64,000 nucleotides of DNA from an uncultured Planctomycetota bacterium (GCA_963849325.1 CAWKHF010000010.1:416001-480000); one strand, 5' to 3'; positions 20,446 to 30,156 are shown, counted from the stretch's first letter. Notes: a model not told the origin generated them from the letters alone. Numbers and translations are program-made.

Positions 20446-21603
20446 ATGATGTATCAGCACAAGCTCGTTCGCCACAAGACCCGCGAAGTCGCGGTCGGCG
20501 ACAAGGTCGTCGGCGGCGACAACCCCATCTGGGTGCAGTCGATGACGGTCCCGGACACCCACCTCGTCGAGGAGGTGATCGCCCAGATTCACCGGCTGGA
20601 GGAGGCCGGCTGCGAGATGGTGCGCGTCACCGTGCCCAAGGCCGAGGACGCCGCCGTCCTGGGCGAGATCAAGCGACGCATCCACATCCCGCTGATCTGC
20701 GACATCCACTTCGACTACAAGATGGCGCTGGCCGCCCTCGACCACCCCATCGACAAGATCCGCATCAACCCCGGCAACATCGGCGGCTACGACCGCTATC
20801 GCCAGGTCATCCGCAAGGCCAAGGACAAGGGCCTGCCCATGCGCATCGGCGTCAACGCCGGCAGCCTGGAGCGCGAGATGGCCATGAAGTACGGCTTCCC
20901 CTGTCCGCCGGCCATGGTCGACAGCGCCCTGCGCTACATCGAGATCGCCGAGTCCGAGGGCTATCACGACCTGATCGTATCGCTCAAGTCCAGTGACGTG
21001 ATCATGGCCGTGGAAGCGTATCGCCTGTACGCCAAGCAGGCCAATTACCCGACGCACATCGGCATCACCGAGGCGGGCAAGGCGCCTTACGCCGTGACCA
21101 AATCGGCGTGCGGCCTGGCCCCGATCCTGCTGGACGGCATCGGCGACACCATCCGCATCAGCCTGCTGGGCGATCCGGTGCCGGAGATCGCCGCCGCCTT
21201 CGACATCCTGCAGGCGACGCAGCGGCGCGTGCGCAAGCCGGAGCTGATCGCCTGTCCGACCTGCGGCCGGCTGGAGATCGACCTGGAGGGGATCATCGCC
21301 AAGGTCGAGCAGCGGCTGGCGGGCCGCAAGACGCCGGTGAAGATCAGCATTCTCGGCTGCGTGGTCAACGGGCCCGGCGAGGCGCGCGAGGCGGACCTGG
21401 GCATCGCGGCCGGCAAGGGCAAGGGCGTCATCTTCAAGCGCGGCGAGATCATCCGCCACGTCCTGGAAAACGAGATGGTCGATGCCCTGCTCGAAGAGAT
21501 CGACAAGTGGGAAGAGGAAGAAACCGCCCAGGGCACGCTGCCCCGCGAGAAGCGGGCGGAGACGGACCACGGCCGCGTGCGCCTGCCGCTGCGCTCCTCG
21601 TGA
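20446..21603 (+). CDS. ispG: (E)-4-hydroxy-3-methylbut-2-enyl-diphosphate synthase
   Basis: PIWVQSMT, DIHFDY, RINPGNIG, RIGVNAGSL, GIGDTIRISL, CPTCGR and GCVVNGPGEA. Confidence 0.97.
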   Translation: MMYQHKLVRHKTREVAVGDKVVGGDNPIWVQSMTVPDTHLVEEVIAQIHRLEEAGCEMVRVTVPKAEDAAVLGEIKRRIHIPLICDIHFDYKMALAALDHPIDKIRINPGNIGGYDRYRQVIRKAKDKGLPMRIGVNAGSLEREMAMKYGFPCPPAMVDSALRYIEIAESEGYHDLIVSLKSSDVIMAVEAYRLYAKQANYPTHIGITEAGKAPYAVTKSACGLAPILLDGIGDTIRISLLGDPVPEIAAAFDILQATQRRVRKPELIACPTCGRLEIDLEGIIAKVEQRLAGRKTPVKISILGCVVNGPGEAREADLGIAAGKGKGVIFKRGEIIRHVLENEMVDALLEEIDKWEEEETAQGTLPREKRAETDHGRVRLPLRSS

Positions 21604-21604
21604 C

Positions 21605-21660
21605 TCGTGGATCGTGATTCGTGGATCGTCTCTTCTCGATCCACGAATCACGATCCACGA
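21605..21660. repeat. inverted short-tandem-repeat hairpin, 7-nt unit TCGTGGA/TCGTGAT
   Basis: TCGTGGATCGTGATTCGTGGATCG...CGATCCACGAATCACGATCCACGA, directly after the ispG stop. Confidence 0.85.
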
Positions 21661-21744
21661 CCGCGACCGTAGCCTTCTCCTCCGCATTCGTGGTAGAATC
21701 CCATCTCCAGACGATCCCGAACTGGGCCACGGACTTCGCGGACT

Positions 21745-23724
21745 ATGCCGATCAAATTCTCGTGCCCTCACTGCAAGCAGGTCATCGCCGTCCGCGACCA
21801 ACTGGCGGGGCGGAAAGGCGCCTGTCCCGGCTGCAAACAGATGTTGACCGTCCCGCAGCCCGACGGCGCTGCCTCGGCGGCGAAACCCGGCCCTGCCGAA
21901 CAACCCAAGCCGAGCCGTCCGCCCGCGCCCGCCTCGGCGCCGCCGAACACTGCCCCAACTCCGCCCTCGAAGGCCGTCCGACCACCTACGCCCGCCGCCA
22001 AGGTCGAACCGTCCCCCTCTCCCCCCCCTGCCCCGGCCGACGTCGAGGCCGAAGCCGCCGCCCTGTTCGCCGACGAGCCGAAGCCGGCCGAGCAGATCGA
22101 GGTCAAGAAAATCGAACTGAACTGCCCTTTTTGCGATGAGGCCATTCAGTTCCCCGCGAACCTGGCCGGCAAGCGCGAGCCTTGTCCGGAATGCAAGCGC
22201 ATCATCAAGGTGCCCGAGCTGGTCAAGAACGAACCCAAGGATTGGCGCAAGGTCGATCCGCGCGGACCGTCCGGCGCGCGCCTGCCCGACCAGCCAGTCC
22301 CGGAGGGAGCCTGGAGTTCGACGGCGAGCAGCAGCGTCGGCAAGAAATCGCTCGAAGAGGCCGGCGTCCTGCCCACGGCAGTCGAACCACGCACCCTGCG
22401 GCAAAAGATCCAGTGGCCGCTGCTGGGCGTGACGGCCGCCGTCCTGCTCGGCGTCGGCGGTTGGATGGGCTATCAATGGTGGGGCCGACGCGCGTGCTGA
22501 TCGCGCCGAGCAGGCAGCCGTCGCGTTCGCCGCCTCGGAGCAGGGCGCCAAGGAAGCCCAGGCGACCGGCCAGGCCGCCCTCTTCCTCGGCGCCGGCGAA
22601 TTCGATTTGCGCAAGCAGACGGAGGACAGCGCGGAGAAGGCGGGCAAGTTGTTCGGCCAGGCTTTGAACACGCTGCGGACGGCCCCGACCGGCAGCGAGC
22701 GCGACGCCCTGCTGGCCGACTTGGCTCTGGCCCTGGTCGAGTTGGGCGGCTCCGAACCGGACACGGGAAAGGGGCTGCGGCTGCCCTGGGAGGGCAAGAC
22801 ACAACCGCTTCTGCTCGCCGCCCTCCGCGACATCCAGAATCCGGATGGACGCCGTCAGGCCGTCCGCGCCGTCAGCCAACGACTCCTTGGCCGCGAACAG
22901 ACGGCCCTCGTGCTGACCCTGGTCCATCAGGTGTACGCGACGCCGGACGCCGAAAAGGCCGCCGCCCTGTCGGTTGTCGGCCTGGAATTGCTCAAGGCCA
23001 ACGATCGCCCATCGGCCGAGAAGGCCGCGGACGAGGCGCTGCGACTCTATGACAGCAAGGGCAAGCCGCCGCCCGTCCGCGCCGAGGTGGTGGCCCTGGC
23101 CCTGGTCCTGGAAAAGAAGAAGCCGCCGATTGGCGAGGGGGCGGACGAGAAGGACAACAAGGACAACGAACACGTCGGCCAGGTCGAGGGGCTGGCGCGG
23201 CTGGGAAAATGGGACGAGGCCCGCCGCAAGGCCGCCTCCATGGACTTCGGCGAGGACGTTCGCTTCCGGGCCTTGCTGGCCCTCGGCGCCGTCGCCGTGG
23301 ACAGCAACAAAGGCGACCCCACCGACGTGGAAGCCGCCGTCAAGATGGTCGAGACCCGCTTCCGCGACCGACCGGAACTCTCCTGGTCTCTTCTTCGTCT
23401 AACCGAAATAGCCCTGCCGCCGGCTTGCCGGACGAGCGGGTCCAGGCGTTGGCCGATCGCGTCGCCGATCGCTCTCTGCGTGGGCGGGCGAAACTGGCCG
23501 TCTTCCGCGCTCGTCTGGAAGCCGCGAAGCAGGGCGTCGAGGACAGCGCCGCCGACAAGATTGAGTCCCGGAGCCTGGCTCGTCTGCTGGCCGGTCAGGC
23601 GCTGGCCCGGCACAACACCCGTCTGAACAAGAGTTGGGCCGCGACCGTACAGGGCTGGCCGCAGCCGCTCCAGGCGTTCGGCTCACTGGGCGTCGCCCTG
23701 GGTTTGCAGGATCGTGGCCAATGA
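21745..23724 (+). CDS. zinc-ribbon, single-TM, helical-repeat protein; frameshifts near 22495 and 23415
   Basis: CPHC/CPGC and CPFC/CPEC pairs, a Pro-rich linker, TM segment LLGVTAAVLLGVGG and a helical C-terminus. Confidence 0.7.
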
Positions 23725-23740
23725 CAAGGAGCTTTTTGGT

Positions 23741-23792
23741 CGGACCCGCAGCGCCAGCGAGGGCTTTCCCTCGCTGACGCTGCGGGCTCCGA
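23741..23792. repeat. REP-like palindrome related to family A
   Basis: CGGACCCGCAGCGCCAGCGAGGG...CCCTCGCTGACGCTGCGGGCTCCG. Confidence 0.7.
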
Positions 23793-23829
23793 CGAGCCAT
23801 TCGATCATCTCCTTGCGGGAGTATTGGAC

Positions 23830-26800
23830 ATGATAAGGAAACTCATTCCCTTTCTGGCAGTCCTCGTCACCTTGTCAGCTTGTCACCTTGTCACCTTGTC
23901 ATCTGCCGCCGCCGAAGCGCCCTACGCCGAGGACATGCGTTTCGTCCAGGAACTGCGGACGCACGGCTACAGCGATTTGGCCCGCGAATATCTGCAAAAG
24001 TTGGCCCAGAAGGCTCCCCCAGCCCTCAAGAAAGAGCTGCCGCTGGAGGTCGCCCTGACCAACATGGAGGCGGCCAACGACGAGCCGGACAGTAGCAAGC
24101 GGCTGACGCTGTACGCCCAGGCCCGCGCCGATTTCGAGAAGTTCCTCAAGGACAACCCCGGCCATCCCCGCGCCGCCGACGCCCGCTTCGACATCGCTCG
24201 CGCCACCACCTTGCAGGGCAAAACGCAACTGAGCCGCGCCTTGCTCGAAGACGATTTGACGATGCGCATCGCCGACGGCGTCAAGGCCCGCGCCACGCTG
24301 GTCGAAGCGTTCAACCAGCTCAAACGGCTACCGGCCAATGCGCAGACCGAATTGGCGATGGGCCTCAACCTGCTCGATCAGGCCCAGACGTACCTGAATA
24401 CCGGCAGCGACAAGGAGATGGCCGCTCGCGCCAAGCCGGTCCAGGAGGCGCAGAAGATCCTCGACAAGCTCGCCGGCGGCGATCCCGGCGACAAGATCAC
24501 CTGGCTAGCGCGGGCGTGGGTGGGCCGCTGCATCCACGAGCTGGGAGTGCCGGAAAAGGCGCGGGACAAGTACCTGGAAATCGAGTCGGCGACCGGCTCG
24601 GCCGTCCAGGACGGCAAGCGCCTGGCCCGTTACTTCATTCTGCTGGTCGCCAAGGAAAAGAACGAGGCGCCCAATAAAGAACCCGTCAATACCTACCTCA
24701 TCCGCCGCTGCTCGGACTGGATTCGCGACTATCCCACCTACGCGCGCACTCCCGAGGGTCATGGGGTCCGCTATCTGCTGGCGGAAACCTTGCTGGCCGA
24801 GTCCGACAACCCCAAGCACAGCAAGCCGGAACGCGACGCCATGGTCGTTGCGCCCGCAGATACCTGCGCGACATCGAGCAGACCGAGAACGACTACACCG
24901 ACCGGGCCAAGCGGCTGAAGATCGCCGCCATGAACAAGCAGGGGTTGTTCAAGGAGCCGATCGACAAACTGAAGACCTTCGAGGAGTGTTACGTCCGCGC
25001 CCAGTTCGAGGTCATGGAGATCGGCGCGGACGCCAAGAAGTACAAGGACAACAAGGACCAACTGGAGGGGTCGCGCAAGGCCCGCATCGCCGAGGCCATC
25101 AAGGCGCTCCAGGCCGGATTGGCGAAACCGGACGCCAAGGGCGCCTCCCCGGAGTTGAGCAACGCCCGCGCCATGCTGGCTTATTACCTCATGAACGAGG
25201 GCAAGTATCGAGAAGCCATCCAGGTCGGCGAAACCTTCGCTCGCAACAACCCGCGCCCCAGCCAGGCCGCCATGTCCGCCGTCTACGCCCTCCTCTCCTA
25301 TGGGCAGCTCCTGTTTCAGCGCGAGCGCAACGCCGCCGACCTCAAGGCGCTGCAGGACGACAAGGCGTACCAGGACGACAAGGCGCACATGCTCGACCTG
25401 GCGAAATACATGATCGGCCGCTGGCCCAAGGAACGGGCCGGCGACGTGGCGCGGCACCAGATCGCCCTGCGCCTGCTGCGCGAGGAGAAGTATCTCGAAG
25501 CCGTCCAGACGCTCAGCGCCATCACGCCGGCGTACCCGTCGTACATCCGCGCGCAGTTCGCCCTGGCCCGCGCCGCCCTGCAGCAAGCCGCCCAGGACAA
25601 GGACAAGGGCGATCCGCAACACTATCACCAGCGTGCCCTCGCCGCCCTCGCCAAGCTTCCCCAACCCGACCCCGGCGCCGACAGCGACACCAACCGCGAC
25701 TACGTCCAGGCCAAGGTCATGCTCGCGTCGGAGCTGGCCAGGGACAAGAAATTCAAGGAGTTGGACGCTCTCATCCAGGCGGTATCGCCCAGGGCGGCAT
25801 CGCTACGGCTGGTCGATGATCCAACCAAGGACAAGGAGCTGCGCGGCAAGTTCGAGGATACGTTGGTCCAGTTGTCGCTCTACTCGACGGCGGCCCAGGC
25901 CGAGGTCGAATTCAAGGCGGCCCAGTATGCCGCGGTGGCCAAGCGGCTCGACCCGATCGTGGACGACTTCAACGCCAACAAGCTGCCGCAGCTCAAGGAC
26001 GGCGGCATGGCGCCGGCCGTGTTCGGCCTGGCCCTCAAGGCGAACGTGCAACTCAATAAACTCGACCGGGCCAAGGGGGTCATCAAGGCGCTGCAGCGCT
26101 TGCAGTCCGACAAGGGCGGCGACAACGCCACCACGGCCATCCTCGCCCAACTCGTCAACCTCATCACTCAGCAGGACGAAGAACTGCGCAAGAAGGGCGA
26201 CAAGGAGAGTCTGCAAAAAGCGCGGGACGGCTTCACGAGCATCCTCAACGAAGTCGCCGCCGGTCAGAAGACGCCGACGCCCCGGTTGGCCTACCTGCTG
26301 GCCAAGTGCTACTCCGGCATGGACGAGCACAAGAAGGCGGCCGACCTCCTCCAGCCGTTCGCCAACCAGAACGTCGCCGAGGGCAGTCCCGATGCTCCCC
26401 TCCACCATGCGATTCAGCTGTTGCTCATCCAGGAGATGCGTCCACTCAAGGAAACGGACAAGGCCAAGGAACTGCTCGACGCGATCATCGGCGGCAAGGA
26501 CGGCAAACCGGGTTGGGGCGCTCGCAGCCTCGACGCCCAGAAGCTGCGCGTCATGCTGCTGGAGGACAAGGAGAATTACGCGGCGGCGGCCCAGCTGTCC
26601 GCTCGCTTCATCAAGCAGTTGCTGCCGCGCATCGAGGACAACAAGTATAAGGAACAGTATCTCGAGTTCTATTACCACCTGACCTACTGCATCCTCAAAA
26701 ATGGTCAGGGACTGAGCAGCCCAGAGTTGAAAGCGAAGGCCATCAAGGACGCCGCCCATCGCATCGTCAACCTGGAGAGGACGCAGAGCGGCTTCGGCAG

Positions 26801-26888
26801 CGACGAGTCGAAGAAACGCTTCACCGAGCTACTGGAAAAAGAAGCGGACCTGCGCGAGCAGTACAACGCGCTGAAGGGCGGTAAGTGA
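23830..26888 (+). CDS. large secreted TPR-like helical protein (~1000 aa); frameshift near 24855
   Basis: Signal peptide and Ala/Leu/Lys-rich helical repeats; two overlapping ORFs (364 and 652 aa) with continuous coding-like codon usage. Confidence 0.75.
23866..23904 (+). repeat. 8-nt tandem repeat (GTCACCTT) inside the signal-peptide coding region
   Basis: GTCACCTT GTCAGCTT GTCACCTT GTCACCTT GTCATCT encodes VTLSACHLVTLSS. Confidence 0.8.
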
Positions 26889-26891
26889 TCC

Positions 26892-27012
26892 TTAGGGTTT
26901 AGGGTTTAGGGTTTAGGGTAAAGACTATGCGGATTCGAGTGCCGCCCCCTTACGCCCGTGCCTGTGCCGGTTCCAAGCCGCAAACCCTAAACCCTAAACC
27001 CTAAACCCTAAA
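26892..27012. repeat. inverted short-tandem-repeat hairpin, 7-nt unit TTTAGGG / CCCTAAA
   Basis: (TTAGGGT)x4 at 26892-26919, a ~60-nt spacer, then (AAACCCT)x4 at 26982-27012. Confidence 0.9.
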
Positions 27013-27028
27013 AGCAGGAGCCATGATC

Positions 27029-28135
27029 ATGAAGCGTCTGGCATGGGCCGTCGCCGTCGTCTGTCTGTTCGTCGGCATCTCGGCGCTTGTCGCGGAGGAT
27101 ACCGTTTACTTCGTGGACCACGAGATGAAGAAGGAACAGAGTGTCCGCGGCGCCATCGAGCAAGAGACGCCGTCCGGCATCAAGCTCAAGACCAAGAGCG
27201 GCGTCAAGGACATTCCGGCCCGCAACGTCACGCAGATCGTCTACGACAACAAAATCGTGGCCGTCATCGACTTTCGCCGGCCGGACGCCAACCTGACCAA
27301 GGCCCGCAACGAGACGAATGCCGCCAAGCGCGCCGACCTGTTGAAAGAAGCCCTTGTCGGCTTTCAGGCGCTCGACACGCAGCTGCGCGGCGTGACCAAC
27401 ATTCACCGCTATCTGCTGTACCGGATCGCCCAGACGACGGCCCTACAAGCCAAGGATGATTCGAGCCGATTGGACGCGGCCATCGCGGCCCTGGTGGAGG
27501 CGAAAACCACCCTGTCGGACGGCTGGGAAATCGTGCCAGCCCTACAACTGCTGGCACGCTTGCAGGAAGAAAAGGGCGACGGCCACGGCGCCAGTCAGAC
27601 CTACTCCGACCTGGCCGAAGTGCCCGGCATTTCTCCGGAGATGAAGCTGCGGAGCCAATTGCTGGGCGCCCGTCTGTTGTTGCGCGTCAGCAAATTCCCC
27701 GAGGCGGAAGCGAAGCTCAAACAGTTGGCGTCCGCGCTGCCCAAGGACGACCCGCAACGCACGTTCGTCGATGTCTACCTGGCCCAGTCGCAGATGGCCC
27801 AGGGCAACGTCAACGGCGTCGAGGCCAAGCTGAAAGCCGCCATCCTTTCCAACCCCGACAGAAACCTGCGCGCCCTGGCCCACAACTTCCTCGGCGATTA
27901 CTACCGGCTCCAACGAGAGCCGGAGCAGGCGTTCTGGGAATACCTCAAGGTCGATACTCTGTACAGCGACGATAGGGAGGAACACGCCAAGGCGCTGTAC
28001 TATCTGTCGCAGCTGTTCGACAAGCCGAAGAACAACCCGGCCCGTGCCGAGGCGTGCCTGGCGAAGCTCAAATCCAAGGACTACGATGGCACGACCTATC
28101 AGCGCATGGCCCAGAGCGACAAGAAGACGCCGTAA
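27029..28135 (+). CDS. secreted TPR-like protein
   Basis: AGGAG RBS, signal peptide, and TPR-like C-terminus (AHNFLGDYY...AFWEYLKVDTLY...AKALYYL). Confidence 0.75.
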   Translation: MKRLAWAVAVVCLFVGISALVAEDTVYFVDHEMKKEQSVRGAIEQETPSGIKLKTKSGVKDIPARNVTQIVYDNKIVAVIDFRRPDANLTKARNETNAAKRADLLKEALVGFQALDTQLRGVTNIHRYLLYRIAQTTALQAKDDSSRLDAAIAALVEAKTTLSDGWEIVPALQLLARLQEEKGDGHGASQTYSDLAEVPGISPEMKLRSQLLGARLLLRVSKFPEAEAKLKQLASALPKDDPQRTFVDVYLAQSQMAQGNVNGVEAKLKAAILSNPDRNLRALAHNFLGDYYRLQREPEQAFWEYLKVDTLYSDDREEHAKALYYLSQLFDKPKNNPARAEACLAKLKSKDYDGTTYQRMAQSDKKTP

Positions 28136-28174
28136 CGGCGAGACGTTTGGCCGTTCTCGCGGGACATTCCGGTC

Positions 28175-28204
28175 TTGCTGGGAGTGTGCGCGGGTCTCTA
28201 TAAT
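28175..28204 (+). promoter_or_regulatory. sigma70 promoter of the tRNA-Ala locus
   Basis: TTGCTG-N18-TATAAT, ~20 nt upstream of the tRNA 5' fragment. Confidence 0.65.
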
Positions 28205-28225
28205 CCCTTCATTACTCCCGCGCAT

Positions 28226-28251
28226 GGGGCCGTAGCTCAACTGGGAGAGCG
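28226..28251 (+). pseudogene. 5' fragment (nt 1-26) of tRNA-Ala, a direct repeat of 28744-28769
   Basis: GGGGCCGTAGCTCAACTGGGAGAGCG is identical to the start of the intact tRNA; there is no anticodon arm, T arm or 3' acceptor strand. Confidence 0.9.
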
Positions 28252-28769
28252 CAGCGAAGGAGGCGCAGAATGCAGCCGCCACTGGACTGGATGGTGAGGG
28301 CGAATCCATCTTACGATTCCAACCGGATCGGAGCTCTCTCGCAGGCGAAAGTTCTGACTGCCCTAACCGCGGCTGGGAAAGCCGTCCTCGCGCCCTGCGT
28401 TTGCGTCAGGCCGTACGATTTCGTGATTGAAGAAGATGGATCTTTTTTTCGAATTCAGTGTAAGACAGGACGGTTGATGCGCGGCGCGATTGTTTTTCCC
28501 ACGCACCGGCAGCGTGCGGTGAAACGCGAAACGGGTTGGGAGCGCCGAATCGTGAGCTATGAGGGCGAGATCGAGTTCTTCGGAGTTTATTGTCCAGAGA
28601 ATGACAAAGTCTACCTTGTCCCGCTAAGTGAGGTTCACTCTGCATGGATGGGCATGCTGCGCGTCGAGCCGCCGAAAAACAACCAGAGAAAGCGGATACA
28701 ATGGGCGGATGACTACCTGTTGAAATGATTCCTTCCAGCAGCTGGGGCCGTAGCTCAACTGGGAGAGCG
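28252..28769 (+). mobile_element. putative intron-less homing-endonuclease element inserted in tRNA-Ala
   Basis: Removing 28252-28769 restores a single intact tRNA directly behind its promoter. The segment carries one nuclease ORF and is visibly more AT-rich than its flanks. Confidence 0.65.
28270..28728 (+). CDS. PD-(D/E)XK endonuclease of the group I intron-associated (I-Ssp6803I / PDDEXK_5) type
   Basis: AAGGAGG RBS 6 nt upstream; RIGALSQAKV...V..P...PYDFVIE...FFRIQCKTG...Y...IEFFGVYCP...VYLVP...LRVEPPKNNQ pattern; 152 aa. Confidence 0.85.
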   Translation: MQPPLDWMVRANPSYDSNRIGALSQAKVLTALTAAGKAVLAPCVCVRPYDFVIEEDGSFFRIQCKTGRLMRGAIVFPTHRQRAVKRETGWERRIVSYEGEIEFFGVYCPENDKVYLVPLSEVHSAWMGMLRVEPPKNNQRKRIQWADDYLLK

Positions 28770-28816
28770 TCGCGTTCGCAATGCGAAGGCTAGGGGTTCG
28801 AGCCCCCTCGGCTCCA
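28744..28816 (+). tRNA. tRNA-Ala (anticodon CGC)
   Basis: Cloverleaf: acceptor GGGGCCG/CGGCTCC with G3:U70, anticodon arm TCGCG-TTCGCAA-TGCGA, T loop GGTTCGAGCC; CCA not encoded. Confidence 0.95.
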
Positions 28817-28822
28817 CTTTCC

Positions 28823-28858
28823 AAGACCTTCCGAGCATTCGGAAGGTCTTTTTCTTTT
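28823..28858 (+). terminator. intrinsic terminator after tRNA-Ala
   Basis: AAGACCTTCCGA-loop-TCGGAAGGTCTT followed by a T-rich tract. Confidence 0.85.
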
Positions 28859-28872
28859 GTGTCCCAGCAACG

Positions 28873-29655
28873 TCAAAAATCGCGGTGATACCCGGCCGTC
28901 CAGCCGCCATCGACGGTGAGGATGTGGCCGTTGACGTAGCTGCTCTCGGGAGCGGCCAGGAACAGGGCGGCATGAGCGATCTCTTCCGGCGTGCCGGGGC
29001 GACCCAGCGGCACATGCGCCAGCATCTGCCGCACGGAATCCTTGAACAGGCCATCCTCGCCGTAAAAGAGCTTGCGTGTGCCCTCCGTCAGCGTCGAGCC
29101 GGGCGCGATACCGTTGACGAGGATGCCGTGCGGACCCAACTCCAGCGCCATGGCCCGGGTTAGATTGATGACGGCTGCCTTGGCCGCGACGAACGCACAC
29201 TGCAAGCGTAGCGGCACCAGCCCGGCGATGGAGGCGATGTTGAGGATGCGCCCGGATTTCTGTCGCCGCATCACCTGCGCGACGGCCCGGCAGACGAGGA
29301 ACACGCCTTGCAGGTCCACGGCGAGGATACGGTCCCACTCCTCTTGCGGAAACTGATCGATGGGGACGCGATGGGCCAATGTGTTGACGCCGGCGTTGTT
29401 GACCGCGATGTCGAGTCGGCCATGCCGCCGCACGATGTCGGCGACGACCGCCTCGACTTGCCCCGCGTCGGTCACGTTCAGGGCCATCGCCTCGCCGTTG
29501 GCCGAGGCGGCCGCCGATGCCGTCGCCCCCGGTAGGTCGACGTCGGTATAGACGACGCGGGCGCCGTTGACGGCGAAGAGGTCGGCGATCGCCTTGCCGA
29601 TGCCGCGCGCGGCACCTGTTACCAGGGCGACCTGGTTCGTGAGGTTCACCTTCAT
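28873..29655 (-). CDS. SDR family NAD(P)-dependent oxidoreductase
   Basis: VTGAARGIG, VNNAGVN, NIASIAG and VDGGW motifs; the catalytic YxxxK appears as FVAAK. Confidence 0.9.
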   Translation of the reverse strand: MKVNLTNQVALVTGAARGIGKAIADLFAVNGARVVYTDVDLPGATASAAASANGEAMALNVTDAGQVEAVVADIVRRHGRLDIAVNNAGVNTLAHRVPIDQFPQEEWDRILAVDLQGVFLVCRAVAQVMRRQKSGRILNIASIAGLVPLRLQCAFVAAKAAVINLTRAMALELGPHGILVNGIAPGSTLTEGTRKLFYGEDGLFKDSVRQMLAHVPLGRPGTPEEIAHAALFLAAPESSYVNGHILTVDGGWTAGYHRDF

Positions 29656-29808
29656 GGCCGGCACCACTCCGGGCAACAACGTGTCGGAAACAGGATTTCA
29701 GCGAACAATGTCGCAAGGTATGCGGGCGGGTGCGGCGTGTCAAAATGAAAATGTCGCCAAGCCGGGGGCATCTCCTTCCGGCGCGTGTTGCTGTGCGGCC
29801 GCAGGTGA

Positions 29809-29837
29809 TTTACAGCCCTTGCGACCCCTGGTAGACT
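29809..29837 (+). promoter_or_regulatory. putative sigma70 promoter of the WXG100/FtsK operon
   Basis: TTTACA-N17-TAGACT with an extended -10 TG, ~38 nt upstream of the ATG at 29875. Confidence 0.55.
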
Positions 29838-29874
29838 GGAAGGGAGAATCAACCCATTCGACGCGGGGGTGAGC

Positions 29875-30147
29875 ATGTCCAAGGCCATTGTTGATCCGGC
29901 GGAGCTGCGTCGCTTTGCTCAGAACCTGAAACACTTCAACAACGAATTGCAGCACCAGCTCGCCGTCCTCCAGGGACAGTTCTCGGGACTCGGCGATACC
30001 TGGCGCGATCAGGAGCAGGAGCGCTTCGCGCAGCAGTTCGCCGAGGCCGTTCAGGTCCTCAGTCGTTTCATGGAAACGTCGCAGCAGCAGATCCCGTATT
30101 TGCTTCGCAAGGCGGAGCGGATCGAAGAATACCTGCAACAGCGCTGA
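29875..30147 (+). CDS. WXG100/ESAT-6-like protein (W-x-D variant)
   Basis: 90 aa; AIVDPAELRRFAQNL N-terminus, central LGDTWRDQEQERF turn, two amphipathic helices, no signal peptide. Confidence 0.85.
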   Translation: MSKAIVDPAELRRFAQNLKHFNNELQHQLAVLQGQFSGLGDTWRDQEQERFAQQFAEAVQVLSRFMETSQQQIPYLLRKAERIEEYLQQR

Positions 30148-30156
30148 CATTCTCAT

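Noticed and set aside
16579-22833. Very long antisense ORFs (16579-19014, 20383-22833; also 9669-11294 and 55933-57846)
   Set aside because: They are shadows of well-supported genes on the opposite strand, expected in high-GC DNA, and show no recognisable motifs.
26892-27012. TTTAGGG repeats as eukaryotic contamination or a true telomere
   Set aside because: The arrays are short, internal and inverted, lie between two co-oriented bacterial genes, and match the architecture of other hairpin repeats in the window.
28226-28816. Group I intron in tRNA-Ala
   Set aside because: The downstream tRNA is complete rather than a 3' exon, the break is before the anticodon stem, and only 18 and 15 nt of non-coding sequence flank the ORF, too little for a ribozyme core.
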